Below are positions 32,206 to 43,197 of a stretch of 64,000 nucleotides of DNA, piece by piece. The notes under the pieces were generated by a model. It saw only the letters and a list, made by a program, of their open reading frames with translations. It had not been told where the DNA came from and did no database searches. The stretch comes from Rebecca billardiae RCC1528. Taxonomy: Eukaryota > Protista > Haptophyta. The DNA lies in the NCBI GenBank assembly GCA_965240325.2, contig OZ251231.1, positions 806,001-870,000 of the forward strand, read 5' to 3'. Every line of letters begins with the position of its first letter. Position 1 is the first letter of the stretch. The translations under genes and the position numbers were made by a program.

Positions 32206-32842
32206 CATGGCGTCATGCCAACTCTGAAGCAGCACAAGCAGCATGGTGATGCTGCTTCACGAGGTCGAGGCCTCGGAGCCGGAAGTGTGGGGAAGGCCCG
32301 ACTGTCGGTTAATCAGCAGCTCCAGGTGCCGAACGTTCGCGGCACGGAACGGGCCGCCCCGTACTGTCCGCAGCCAGCCCTGCAGCTGCGGGCCCACGAG
32401 CCCACGGCGTGATAGTGACCGCGGCAGTGGCACTCTGTGCGGGCGCCAGTGGCAGTAGTTAGCGGACGGGCTCAGCATCGGGACTGTACGCCGGTATACG
32501 TTACCCGTCTGATATGGCTGGACGTAGTCTGCCGCTGTCTAAACTCATGCGTCACACTGATGATGGGCTGTGAAGTCCTGACAATAACGCGGCAGCGTTG
32601 CCATCGGCATCAAGTGACACTGCGCGCGCTGCTTATCCCTATGTCGTAACGCGGGTGAATGCGTCACTCACATCCGACAAATGTGAAGTACTGTTTTCAG
32701 GATGTCGATCCGCCTGGAGCCGATGCCACAGCAGGTGGTCATGCTGTGCAGTGTCTCGGACCCGGGTGCGTGCGGAAGCACCTCACTCCGAGACCACGCG
32801 CACCGGTGCTGGGGTTGGGAAGGGGAGGCGACGCAGCGGTGG

Positions 32843-33172
32843 TCATTTAGTGATCATGGTCAACGGCCTGCGCACGTGTGGACGGGAGAGGTCGGCGCGC
32901 GTACGATAGAACGCAATGTAGGACTTGAAGTGATTTGCCGCCTCCTTGGTTTCATTGTACTGCCACGCCAGCGCCTGGATGGTCTCACCTGTCTCCTTAT
33001 GCGTCACATCGTAGTAGTTGGCGGTTCCCTTCCAACCGCACACTGTGGTTCGCGAGTTGGGGGCGAAGCACTCCTGTCTAATGCTATCAGGTGGGAAGTA
33101 CGGGGTGCCATGGACGTCGATAGTCTTGTCGCTCTCGGCAAGCACCTGCCCATTCCATACAGCCTTGGGCAT
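32843..33172 (-). CDS. DUF427 (NTP_transf_9) family protein
   Basis: KAVWNGQVLAESD, YFPPDSI, TVCGWKGTANYY, AWQY and YIAFY. The 3' end may be spliced (GTACGCGC at about 32905). Confidence 0.9.
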   Translation of the reverse strand: MPKAVWNGQVLAESDKTIDVHGTPYFPPDSIRQECFAPNSRTTVCGWKGTANYYDVTHKETGETIQALAWQYNETKEAANHFKSYIAFYRTRADLSRPHVRRPLTMITK

Positions 33173-34059
33173 ATTGCTGCCGGCAAGCGGCACGCTGCCC
33201 TGCGATGGCGGCTGTGTCCAATAATCTTCCGCCGCCGGCCGGTGGACGGGAACGGCGCCCATGCTTCGTTGCTTCGTCTAAAACAGCGGGGGCCTAGCGG
33301 CCTTTTCCCGGTGGGGCTGGTCGAACACAGCGCGTCTAGGACGCGACGGAGAAGCTTGCCAGGGCCGGCAGACCCGACGACGATGACGGATGAGACGAGT
33401 TGGCCGTTCAGCGCTGACTAACGGTATCATCCGAGCTGCCGCGTCTTCGCGCGTCGCGTGTGCGATTTAGCCATTAGCCAGGTGCGGCAGCGTGGCTCTC
33501 CCAGTTCTGCAAGGCCCACCGAGGCGCCAGCGAGGCGCGCGTCGATGCAGTCGATGCAGTCGTCGCTGCGCACGGCCGCTCGGGCACGGCGGCACGGCAA
33601 CGGCACGCACCGATCACGCCGTGCGTGCGCGCGTCGGCCATCGACGCGTGGTAGTCGTGCAGCAACTGCAGTCCGCACGTCGTGCGCGCTGCTGCCGCCG
33701 TACGCCCAGATGGCGCGCGACCGCGTCGGTCCCGGCGGCCTCGCGCGCCGCGCGCGGTTCGGCTCGACGCGCGGCGTGACCCTCGCGGCGCTCCGCGTTG
33801 CGCGCCTCGTCCACGCCGTTCAGCGTGCTCGCCAGCCGCGCTGCGCGAGGCACGCGTCGAGCGCTGCCGGCGTCTCGCAGTTTGGGTGCGAGGCCGCGGG
33901 CGCGCGCGCGCCGGGGCGCGTGGCCTCGTGCGGGTGCACGGCGAGGCGCGCCAGGTCCGTACCGTTACCGTATTGTATAGGCGGTATGAACTGGGTAAGG
34001 GGGTACCGCTAAGATCGCCGCCAGATTTGTGGGAATCGCAACGACATCTCTATGCGGCG

Positions 34060-34160
34060 CGCGCAAAAATTAACCACATGCGCTTCGATTCCCGAGGCGT
34101 GCCCTAATTGGCGCAAAAATTAACCAAGTGCGTTCTCGATTCCCGAGGCGTGCCTAATCA
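34060..34160 (+). repeat. Two ~50-bp tandem copies (GCGCAAAAATTAACCA...TCGATTCCCGAGGCGTGCC)
   Basis: Directly visible. Confidence 0.85.
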
Positions 34161-34329
34161 AAAAACGTTTGAGGCCCCATTGTTCGTATTCCTACTCCGG
34201 TATTACTTGGGACAGCAGTATTGGACAACCAATTAAAGGGGGTCGGAGCTGGGTCTCCCAGGGCTTTCTCACGAATTAAAATTGTTTAAAGCTGTGTTCA
34301 CCAGAATAATGCAACTAACTAGTAGTAGT

Positions 34330-35307
34330 ATGGAGCGCTCGTTGGAACTTGACGCCGGTTTGGCGCCCGCGCGGCGAGGGCGACTACGGGCGTACACGGG
34401 GCCCGCGGCGGCGGGAAGCGCGCGGGCGCGGCCGAGAACGGCACGGTCCGGACGCCTCTCGCCAGCCGCGGACGCGCACCGCGCCTCCTCCTCGCACGCT
34501 GCTAACTTGATCCGGGTTGAACGGTGGTTTTGCTGCCGACCAGCTCAAGTTCCACGGCTGGCCACGAACACCGAGCCCGAGGGGACTTTCCCCGGCGAGC
34601 TGCGCTTCTCCGACCGCGCACTGTGTGACGGATCGAAGCGCACCGCCGCGGATGGCCTCTCGCGCTGGTGGACCATCACGCTAACGGATGGCACGCGGCT
34701 GACGCACTCCATCGCCAGGCCGGCCACGCAGGAGGATGGCCCTGCTTCTCCACAGGGAAAACCCGCCGGCCCCCGCCGGCGGCGCAAGGGAGGTCGTGGC
34801 GCGCCTCCTACTGCTCCCCCGCGGACCGCCCAGCACGCAGCGCGCACGCCGGCCTCGCCGGTGCGCCCGCCCGCCGCGCAGGGCTCGGACGCTGAGGCGC
34901 TGCAGGCGAACGACGAGCAGCAGCACTCTCAGAAGCGGAAGAAGAAGCCCCGGCGTGGGAAGCGCGGGCAACGGCGCGACGCCGAGGGCCGACGGATTCG
35001 TTCTCCATCGAGCCGTCGCTCCTCGACGCGCCGCGCCGTCAAGGAACGCCAGGCGCGCAAGGCGGCGCGCCTGGCACCGGCCGCTGCACCCACGCCAGTC
35101 CCTGCTGCCCCGCTCCACGAGGACCGAGACTCGCCCCCGGGCGACGACTTGGACGACGAGGAGCTGCCGCAGCAGCGGACGAAGCGCACCCTGGACGACG
35201 CCGCAGCGCCAGCCGCCGCCAGCCAGCCAGCTGGCTCGAGCGGCAGGCGCGTACGCGACCGCTCGGGGAGCACGGGGCAGGCTCGACCAGCTGCCACCAG
35301 CGGCTGA
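34330..35307 (+). CDS. Hypothetical basic, disordered protein, possibly a TE remnant
   Basis: Open frame with an NLS-like KRKKKPRRGKR and one globular-looking patch (SRWWTITLTDGTRL). No family recognised. Confidence 0.3.
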   Translation: MERSLELDAGLAPARRGRLRAYTGPAAAGSARARPRTARSGRLSPAADAHRASSSHAANLIRVERWFCCRPAQVPRLATNTEPEGTFPGELRFSDRALCDGSKRTAADGLSRWWTITLTDGTRLTHSIARPATQEDGPASPQGKPAGPRRRRKGGRGAPPTAPPRTAQHAARTPASPVRPPAAQGSDAEALQANDEQQHSQKRKKKPRRGKRGQRRDAEGRRIRSPSSRRSSTRRAVKERQARKAARLAPAAAPTPVPAAPLHEDRDSPPGDDLDDEELPQQRTKRTLDDAAAPAAASQPAGSSGRRVRDRSGSTGQARPAATSG

Positions 35308-36288
35308 GACTGCCAGCTGACATCCGGACCTGCACCATCGCCCTCGCTCGGGGCACAGCAGGGCCATGCGAGCCGCGCAGCGCAGGTGGATCGCGCTCCA
35401 GCAGCTCAAGGCCGCGCTCAAACAATCCGATCGCGGTGCAGGCTATGCTCTGCCACCAGCGCCGACTTCGTGTCGACGATCGGGCACTGCCGCCGACGAA
35501 TCAGGAGACCCGCGTCGTCCTACCTGTGTCGTTAAATCATAGAATGGGTCAAGGTTCGGCTTGCGACCTCGCCGCTGGTGCTTGCAAGAAGGTACACGAG
35601 TTGGTCGAACTCCCACGCACCCGCTCTGCGCTCGTCGACGCCCTCTGAAGGTGACTCGGGGTGCATGCGGGGCAGTCGGGAATGCAGTGGTTCCGGGCGT
35701 CTTGCGCCGTTGCCTCTCAGTCGTCCAGCGCGTAGGCCATGTAGCGCGGGTGTGGTGCGCGCATGGCCCGGTAATTCGGTCGCGGCATGTCTGTCTGGGC
35801 TGCCCAAGGCCTGCCGCACCGCGAAGCGAGCGCTCAGGAGCGTGTGCCGACCGTGCCAGCCCCGCCGAGATGGGGCACTTCGCTGGGAAATGCGCGCCGC
35901 CGGTGTCAAGTTCCACTACCCCCGCTCAAGTTCCAACGAGCGCTCCATACTGATTACTGTAGCAGTACTATACAACGACCCTGACTACTGCCAGTCACGG
36001 TGCCGGCCAGGCCAAAGCGGCGGATACACTGGACGGCCGCCACCTGAGTCTCAGCGGGCGCATAGCAAGCAGTGATGATGCTATACTTTGGCATATGGGA
36101 TGTACACGTCAGATTGTCTGACGACGACGGTGTACGTCAGTAGCAGAAGAGCAGTGCGCGAGAATAATCGTGACATCAATGCGCATGACGAGTTGAGGAT
36201 GGCGTCCAACCTTGTCCCGATCCGGCTCGGTGACGCAGCCACGCAGGCGCCGCGCAGCGCGCCGCTGCTGCCGGCACATCGACCGCCG

Positions 36289-39200
36289 TCATGACGTGAA
36301 GATCTCCTCGCCCGCGCTGCCATTGACGGCGGAGGAGATGCGCAGGTTGGTGCCGCGCACGGCGAACGCGACGATGACGACGTTCGCGATGATCTGGAAG
36401 ATGATCACGATCACGAGGAACGCGACGCCGCACGCGGCGCCGAATTTGATCAGCCGCTGCCGCTGCGGCGTGTACTGTCGCAGCTGGCGCGCGATCTCCG
36501 CCTCGACGACGGCCTTGCCGCCCTCGACCATCGCCTCGCGCACCTCCTCGCGCACGATGGAGGAGAGCCGCTCGGTGATCGCCTTCGACTTGTTGCGGTG
36601 CGGCTCGGGCAGCACCGGGTTGCGGTTGGGCGGGTCGCGGCCGTGGCCGGCCGGGCGCTTCTTGGCCACCTCTGCCGGCAGGCCCTCCAGGCTGATCAGC
36701 ACCTTGCCTGCGTCGCGCACGTCGGCCTCCGCGGCGCCGCCGCCGTGCAGCAGCGGCACCCAGAAGCGCGAGTTGTCGCCCACGCCCCGGTCCGTCGAGA
36801 TCCCCATCTCCTTCGTCTTGAGGAACTCGCGGCCGAGCCACGCGTCGCGGCACAGCTTGGAGACGCTCACGCGCGCGCCCGCGATCAGCTCGCCCTCGCC
36901 GATCAGCGCGTGGTCCCACGCCTGGATGTCGAGGTAGAGGCCCTCGAGGGAGCGGCGCGTGCTCAGCGGCAGCTTGAGGCGGAAGATGAAGCGCCAGTTG
37001 AACAGCGCCGAGCCGTCCACCACGCCCCAGTGCACGTCCGAGTCCTGCACCTGCTCCGCGCCGTCGTGCCCGCGCAGCGCTATGCGGAAGTAGGCGTCCA
37101 CCGCCTTGATGGTGTTGCCCTTGCGCAGGTAGCGCGTCTCGAAGAGGATGAGGCGCAGCTCGAACTCCTCGGGGACGGGGAGCGGGATGTCCTTGAAGGG
37201 CTGCCGCTTCGCCTCCTCCACGCTCAGCACGTCCACCCACATCTCCAGCGCGCCCTGCGGCGAGGACGCCGTCTCCTTGTACAGCGGCTGCGCCGTGCGT
37301 GCGCGCACCGGCGTGCGCGCGCGGGCGCGCGCGCGCAGCGGCGCGCGCGGTTCGCGCGCGCCGGGGCGCGGGGCGGGCGTCGGCGTGGGCAGGGGCGGGC
37401 GCGCGGGGCGGGTCCACGGCTGCGCGCGCGCGCACCCGCCGCTCCACCGGCTTGAGCCGCATGCCGCGCCACTTGGGCGAGTAGAAGCGGTCCTCCAGGT
37501 CAATATCTGTGGAGCCGATCTCCTCATCCAGCAGCGGCACCGCGCCCACTTCGAACACGGACACGCGCACGCGCGCGTCGCCCGGGAGCAGCGCGGTGAG
37601 CTCGAAGGCCTGGTAGTAGAGCGGCTCGAAGGTGGCGTGCGCCGCCTTGGTGCGGTCGCGCTCCACCCGCCCGCCGTGCGACACCGCGAGGTACGTCGAG
37701 ATCCCCTTCGGCGCGAGCGACTGCATGCGGCGCATCGACGGCGCCGCACTGTGCGCGGGCGTGAGCTGGTGTCCGCTCAGAACATACACTCGGATGAACA
37801 CGCGCGCGCGCCCGTCCTCGCCGTCCGCGCCGAGGCCGCCGAGGAGCGGCGCGATCTCGGCGAAGCCGTCGCCCGCCGCCTCGCGCCGCTGCTGCTCCGG
37901 CTTCGTCGCGCGCGGCGGCGGCGGCGGCGGCGGCGCCGTCGAGCGCGGCGGCGGCGGCGGCGCCGGCCCGGCGTCCGCCGCGTCCGCGCACCGCGCGGCC
38001 GAGCTGCCCGGCGGCGGCGCCCGCGGCGAGGCGGCGGCGGCCGCGGCGACGATCGCGGCGGTGGGCGACCTGGGCTCCGCGCGCCCCGCCTCGCCCGCCG
38101 GCGCGCCCGCCTCCTCCTCCCGCACGCGCACGTGCAGCACGTACTTGAGCGCGGCCACGCGCTGCAGAGCGCCCGCGCGCGAGCGGAAAAGAGGCCGCGA
38201 GCCGTAGGGCGGGCGCACGATCCGCTCGCCGGCGGGGAGAACGACCTCCTCGAGCTCCCGCTCGAAGCGCGGGCGCTCCTTGCGCCGCGTCACCAGCTCG
38301 TGCTCCGGCGCGCCGTAGAACGTCGTGCCGTCCCCGCCCACCTGCTCCTCCTCCTCGCCCTCCGCCGAAACCGAGTCGTCATCTGAGCTGGGCGACAGCT
38401 CGGCGCCGGCGCCGCCGCCCGCGCCGCCGGCGTCGGCGTCGTCGCGGCGCGCGTCGGCGGGCGAGCGGCGGCGGCGGCGGAGCGCGCGCGCGATCGGGCC
38501 CGCCCCGTGCAGCAGCCCCGCCGCGCCGCCCACGCCGCGCCGGCCGCGCCCCTCCTCGCCAATCTGCGTGAGGTCGTCGTGCTTTGTCGAGAGCCGCTGC
38601 CGCGTGAGTCGCGACGGCGCGACCGAGCCATCGATGCTGAGGCGGCGTGCGCGGGGCGCGGGGCGCGGGGCGCGGCGGGAGGCGGCGGAGCCGGCGCCGA
38701 TGCGCGTGGGCAGGCTCCACGGCGCAAGCGCCACCTCCGACCCCCGCTCGCTCGCCGTGTCCGCCGTGATCACCTTCTCCCCGCGCCACCACACGCGCCG
38801 GTGCCGCGCCGATCGATCGGCTCCGGGTGATGTGGGACTGGGAGCGCCGTCCTCCGGGGAGGCGGAGCGGCGCGCGGGGCGGGCGCGGCGCGGGCGGGAG
38901 CGCGGCCTGGGCGCGCCCTCGTCGTCGGTCGCGCTGTCGAGCGCCGAGTCGGACGAGCCCCGCCGACGCCTCCGGAGCGGCCGCGCGAGCCTCGCGCCGT
39001 GCTCGCGCCCGCGGCGCGCGCCCTCGCGCGCCGCCGCCGCCGCCTTTGCGCCGCGCCGCTGCCACCACGACTCATCAGAGCTGGCGCGCGCACGGCCGCT
39101 CCGGCCGAGCTGCGTCACCCCGACGTCGCCGCCGCGCCGCCGCGCCTCGCCGCGTGCCCGCGACGGCGAGCTGCTCCGCGCCCGCCGCTCTCGCGCCGCC

Positions 39201-39471
39201 TCCGCGGACGCGCTGCGCCGCGGGCTCGGCGCCCAGGTGACACCGAGCGAGGGGCGGCGGCGCGGCCGCGCGTTGCGCCCACTGCTGTCGTCGGCGTGCA
39301 GGCCACGCAGCGCGGGGACGCGCGCGCGGCCGTCGTGTGCGCGGCCGCCTGCCGCCACCGCCGCCATGCCACCCGCCGCGCCATGCCGCCGCCCCGCGCC
39401 CTCGCGCCCGCCGCCCCGGCCGCCGCCGCTCGCGTCGCTCGCATCACTCGCGCCCGCGCCGCCGCCGCCGC

Positions 39472-39505
<34 letters not shown>

Positions 39506-42500
39506 ATCGTCGTCGTCGTCGTCGAATTCCGAGTCGAGCTCAGAGTCGGAGGTGGGCGCGCCGCGGCGCGCGCGGCGGGGCGCGTGGCGGGTGCGCGCCG
39601 CGCCGCGCCGACCGCGCTTGCCAAGCGGCGGGTGCGGCAGCCGCAGCGCCGACAGCTGCAGCTCCGCCATTCGCTGCAGCACGCCGTCAACAGACTCGGA
39701 CACGGCCGCGCCGCCGAGCAGCGGCAGCGAGCGGCGACGGTGTGCGCGCGGCATGGGCGACGCGTCGCGGCTGCCGGGCGGCTTGCGCTCGGCGCCCGGC
39801 GCGTCGTCGGCGGGCCCGCCCTCGCCGTGCGCGCGCGCCGCGTCGCGCCTCCGCGCCCGCTCGCGCCGCCGGTACTCGTCCGCCAGCGCGGGCCTGAGCG
39901 GCAGCTCGCCCGTCGCAAAGACGGTGCTGCGCAGCTGCTGGCCGAGCAGGCCGGCCATGATCGGCTCCTTGAGCCGCAGCATGATGGACGGGCAGAGGGT
40001 CGGGTCGGCGGGGAGCTCGCAGGGCACGACGATGCGCACGTACTCCGCCCCGCCCTCCAGCGCGAACCGCCGGCTCACCTTCACCGGCTCCCCCGAGCCC
40101 GGCTGCAGCTCGAGCTCGAGCTCGACCTCCTTGGTCGACTCGTGCGCGAGCGACCGACCCTCGGTCCGAAGGCCGAGGACGAGCAGCTCGATGGCGCAGC
40201 GGACGGTGGGGAGGCCGAGCGGCTCGGCGAGGCGCACCTCCTTGGGCGGCGCGTCGAGCCACTTGATCCCGAGCGCGCCGCTCAGCCCGCCCGGCTGCGT
40301 CACGCCGTCCACCGCCGTCGAGTCGCCGAACTTGAGCCGCTTCTGCTGGTCGCGCGTCGCCGACTGCGCGTAGAAGTACGAAGCGGCTGCCGACTCCTCG
40401 ACGACGAAGCCGGCGAGGACGGCGCCGCGCGGCGCGCGCGGCGCGTCGGCGAGGCGCGAGCTCGCCGGCGTGAGCGCCGCGCCCGCGTGCCGGTGCGCCG
40501 AGAGCTCGTACCACAGCGGCTCCGCCGCGCGCTTGGACGCGGAGCGCGGCTGCACGCGCCGCGCCGCCTGCGACATGGGCACGGCGGCCGAGCCGACGAG
40601 CGTCGCGGCGCCCACCGTCTCGGAGGCGGCCCAGACCTCGAGCGTGGCGACGGGCCAGAGGAGCCGGTCGACGGGGAGCGGCAGCGTCAGCGTGAGCACC
40701 TCGAACCAGCCGGGGCACGTCGTCAGCGCGCGCGTCGCCGAGCGCGCCGCCGAGTAGCAGCCGCCGCACCGGAACACCACGTAGGTGTCGGGCGAACCGC
40801 GCGCGTCGGTGGCGGGCAGCCGGTCGGCGATGTACAGGCGCATCTTGAGCTTGGCGGGCATGAGCACGGGCGGGCGCTCGGGCAGCGGGCCGTTCACGTC
40901 GCCCGCCGGCGCGCGGTGCCGCGGGCCGAAGTGCGTCTCGAGCAGCAGCTCGACCGACTCGCCGACGCCCGCGCGCTCGCGCTCGGCCGACGGACCGTCG
41001 ACGTACTGCAGCGTAAGCCAGTGCGGGCGCGGCCGCACAAAGTTGACGTCGTTCACGCCGGGGTCGGGCGGGAGCTGGCCGAGCGCGCCGACGGGGAGCC
41101 GCGCGAACGCGATCGGCGAGCCCGCCGCGCCGCCGAGCAGCGTCACGAACACGTCGGGCTGCAGCGGCTGCTCGAGCGGCAGCAGCGCCCACACCGCGAG
41201 CTGCTCGTTCCACTCGGCCGCGCGCGCGCCCGAGTGGCCCGCCGGCTTGGTCTCGCGCTCGACGTGGCCGAGCTGCACGCGCACGACGAGCTGGCGCTCG
41301 TCGGGCACGCCCGTCGCCGCGAACACCTTCACGACCAGCGCGTGCTCGTGCATCTGCGCCTGGCTCGGCGCGGTGCGGAAGTGGAGCGTCGAGACGGAGC
41401 CCATCGCGGAGAAGAGAGTGTTCGACTGCTCGAGCTGCGAGGGCGCGCGCTGCCGCTTGCGGTAGAGGCGGCAGAGGAGCGAGCCGCGCCACGCGTTGGG
41501 CGGCGCCTCGCCGCGCGCGACCGCGCCGAACACGCCGGGCTTCGAGCCGATCGCCGCGCCGTACAGCTGCACCGGCTTGTAGGTCGTCTCCATCGTGATG
41601 CCGCGGCGCACGACCGAGATCAGCGAGATGTTGGCGTACCCAATCACGTCGCGCGTGGACTCGTCGACGACGAGGATCTGGATGCGGTCGGCGAGCGCGG
41701 GGAGCGGCAGCGGCATGCGCAGCTTCTGCTCCCACGACGCCTCCGTCGGCTCGTGCGTCGCGTCCACGCGCGCGGGCAGCGTCTGCAGCTCGAGGCCGCC
41801 GAAGCGCATGATGATCACCGCGCGCAGCGCGGACGAGCTCGCCGCGGGCATCGGCCGCGAGGGCGCGTTGGGCTTGAGCCCGTCGGCGGTGAGCACGTCG
41901 AGGCAGAGCTCGCCGAACGCGAGCCGCACCGCCGGCGAGAGCAGCACGCCGCGCCGCGGGCCGTGCTCCAGCGGCGGCTCGACCGGGATCGACGCGGCGC
42001 GGCCTGGCCCGAGGAGCAGCGCGTTCACGCGTACAAACCCCTTCGTGAAGCGGTCGGCGGCGACGAGCGCGCCGTCCATCTGCTCCTTGCTGAAGAGGGC
42101 GAGCCACGCGTGCCACAGCGCGTGCGACGGCGAGCCCCACACGTGCAGCAGCTCGAGCTCGCACGTGCCGATCAGGTCGGACGTGAGCGTGTCCGCGTCG
42201 CGCACCTCGAACAGCACCGAGTGCAGCGCCGCGCGGTCGGTGGTGAGGTTGGGCAGCGGGAAGACCATCGTCGTGCCCCACGTGCACGAGAGGCACTTGC
42301 GATTCACGTGCGTCCGCTGCCGCTGCTTCCCCACCGACACCTGCACGTACGGGTCGGACGTGCCAGTTGGGTCGCGCGCGGCGAGCGCCTCCGCCTCGAG
42401 CACCGTCACGCGCAGCGCGTAGTCGCCCGGCGGGATGGGGTCGTGCGTGTGCCCGCTCACGTTGCGCTGGGGCTGCAGGATCGACGCGAACAGGTCGCCC

Positions 42501-42613
42501 GTCCCCATGCGCGGCGCGGCCGCCAGCCGACTCAGCGTGAAGCCCGACGACACCGCCGACGCCTCCGTGGACGCTCGCGCCGAGCCCGGCCCCTGGCGGC
42601 GCGATGGCGCCAT
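36289..42613 (-). CDS. Ferlin-family tail-anchored multi-C2-domain protein (intron 37288-37435)
   Basis: Several C2 domains (DPTGTSDPYVQV, DARGSPDTYV, IRVYVLSG). Ferlin motifs IGSTDIDLEDRFYS, QGALEMWVD, QDSDVHW, FNWRFIF and GHGRDPPNRNPVLPEP, plus a C-terminal TM. Splicing gives PVERR|PLYKE. Confidence 0.9.
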
Positions 42614-43197
42614 CGGCGCCGGCTAGCGGGCTTGGCGACGCGAGCCGGGCGCGGCGATCGCGAGCCTCACGCGCTGGGCCGCTCGCGGACGGCGCCGCCC
42701 CGCTCCGCTCGCCACACCCGCGCGGGGAGCGCCGAGGCAAGCACGCCTCGTCGCCGCCGACGAGCTGGCCGAGCGCCACCCTGCAGCTGGTGCGCGCTGC
42801 CGCCGCCGCACTTTTTGTACCACTACGTTCTCAGTATGCGCGCGCGCGCTTTTTGGGGCGGCCATTGTCATTGTCATCAGGATTCCCGCGCTCAACTATG
42901 GGTACTGAGTCGCTGTGCTAAATTTTACCCCAGCATCGGGCTTGGCGCTGGTACTTCTCAGCGCGTTGTCGTCGCACTCGTCATCCTGTGACGGGAGGAG
43001 TAGCCACGGAGAACCCGCGCGCCTGCCCAACTGCCAACGCGTCCGTTGCATTGATTGGCACTACGCTGGAGCTCACTTTCCCGCGGCAGCGCGAGCTGCT
43101 CCTCCCTCGGTGGCCTTGACAGTGGGGGGGTTCAAGGCTGCCACCGGGGCCTCGGCCGCCGCCAACGCGAGCGCGCCTCGGGGTCGGCCGCTGCGGC

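Noticed and set aside
32843-33172. Recent bacterial HGT of DUF427
   Set aside because: The family also occurs in eukaryotes, and nothing in the sequence alone shows recent transfer. A phylogeny is needed.
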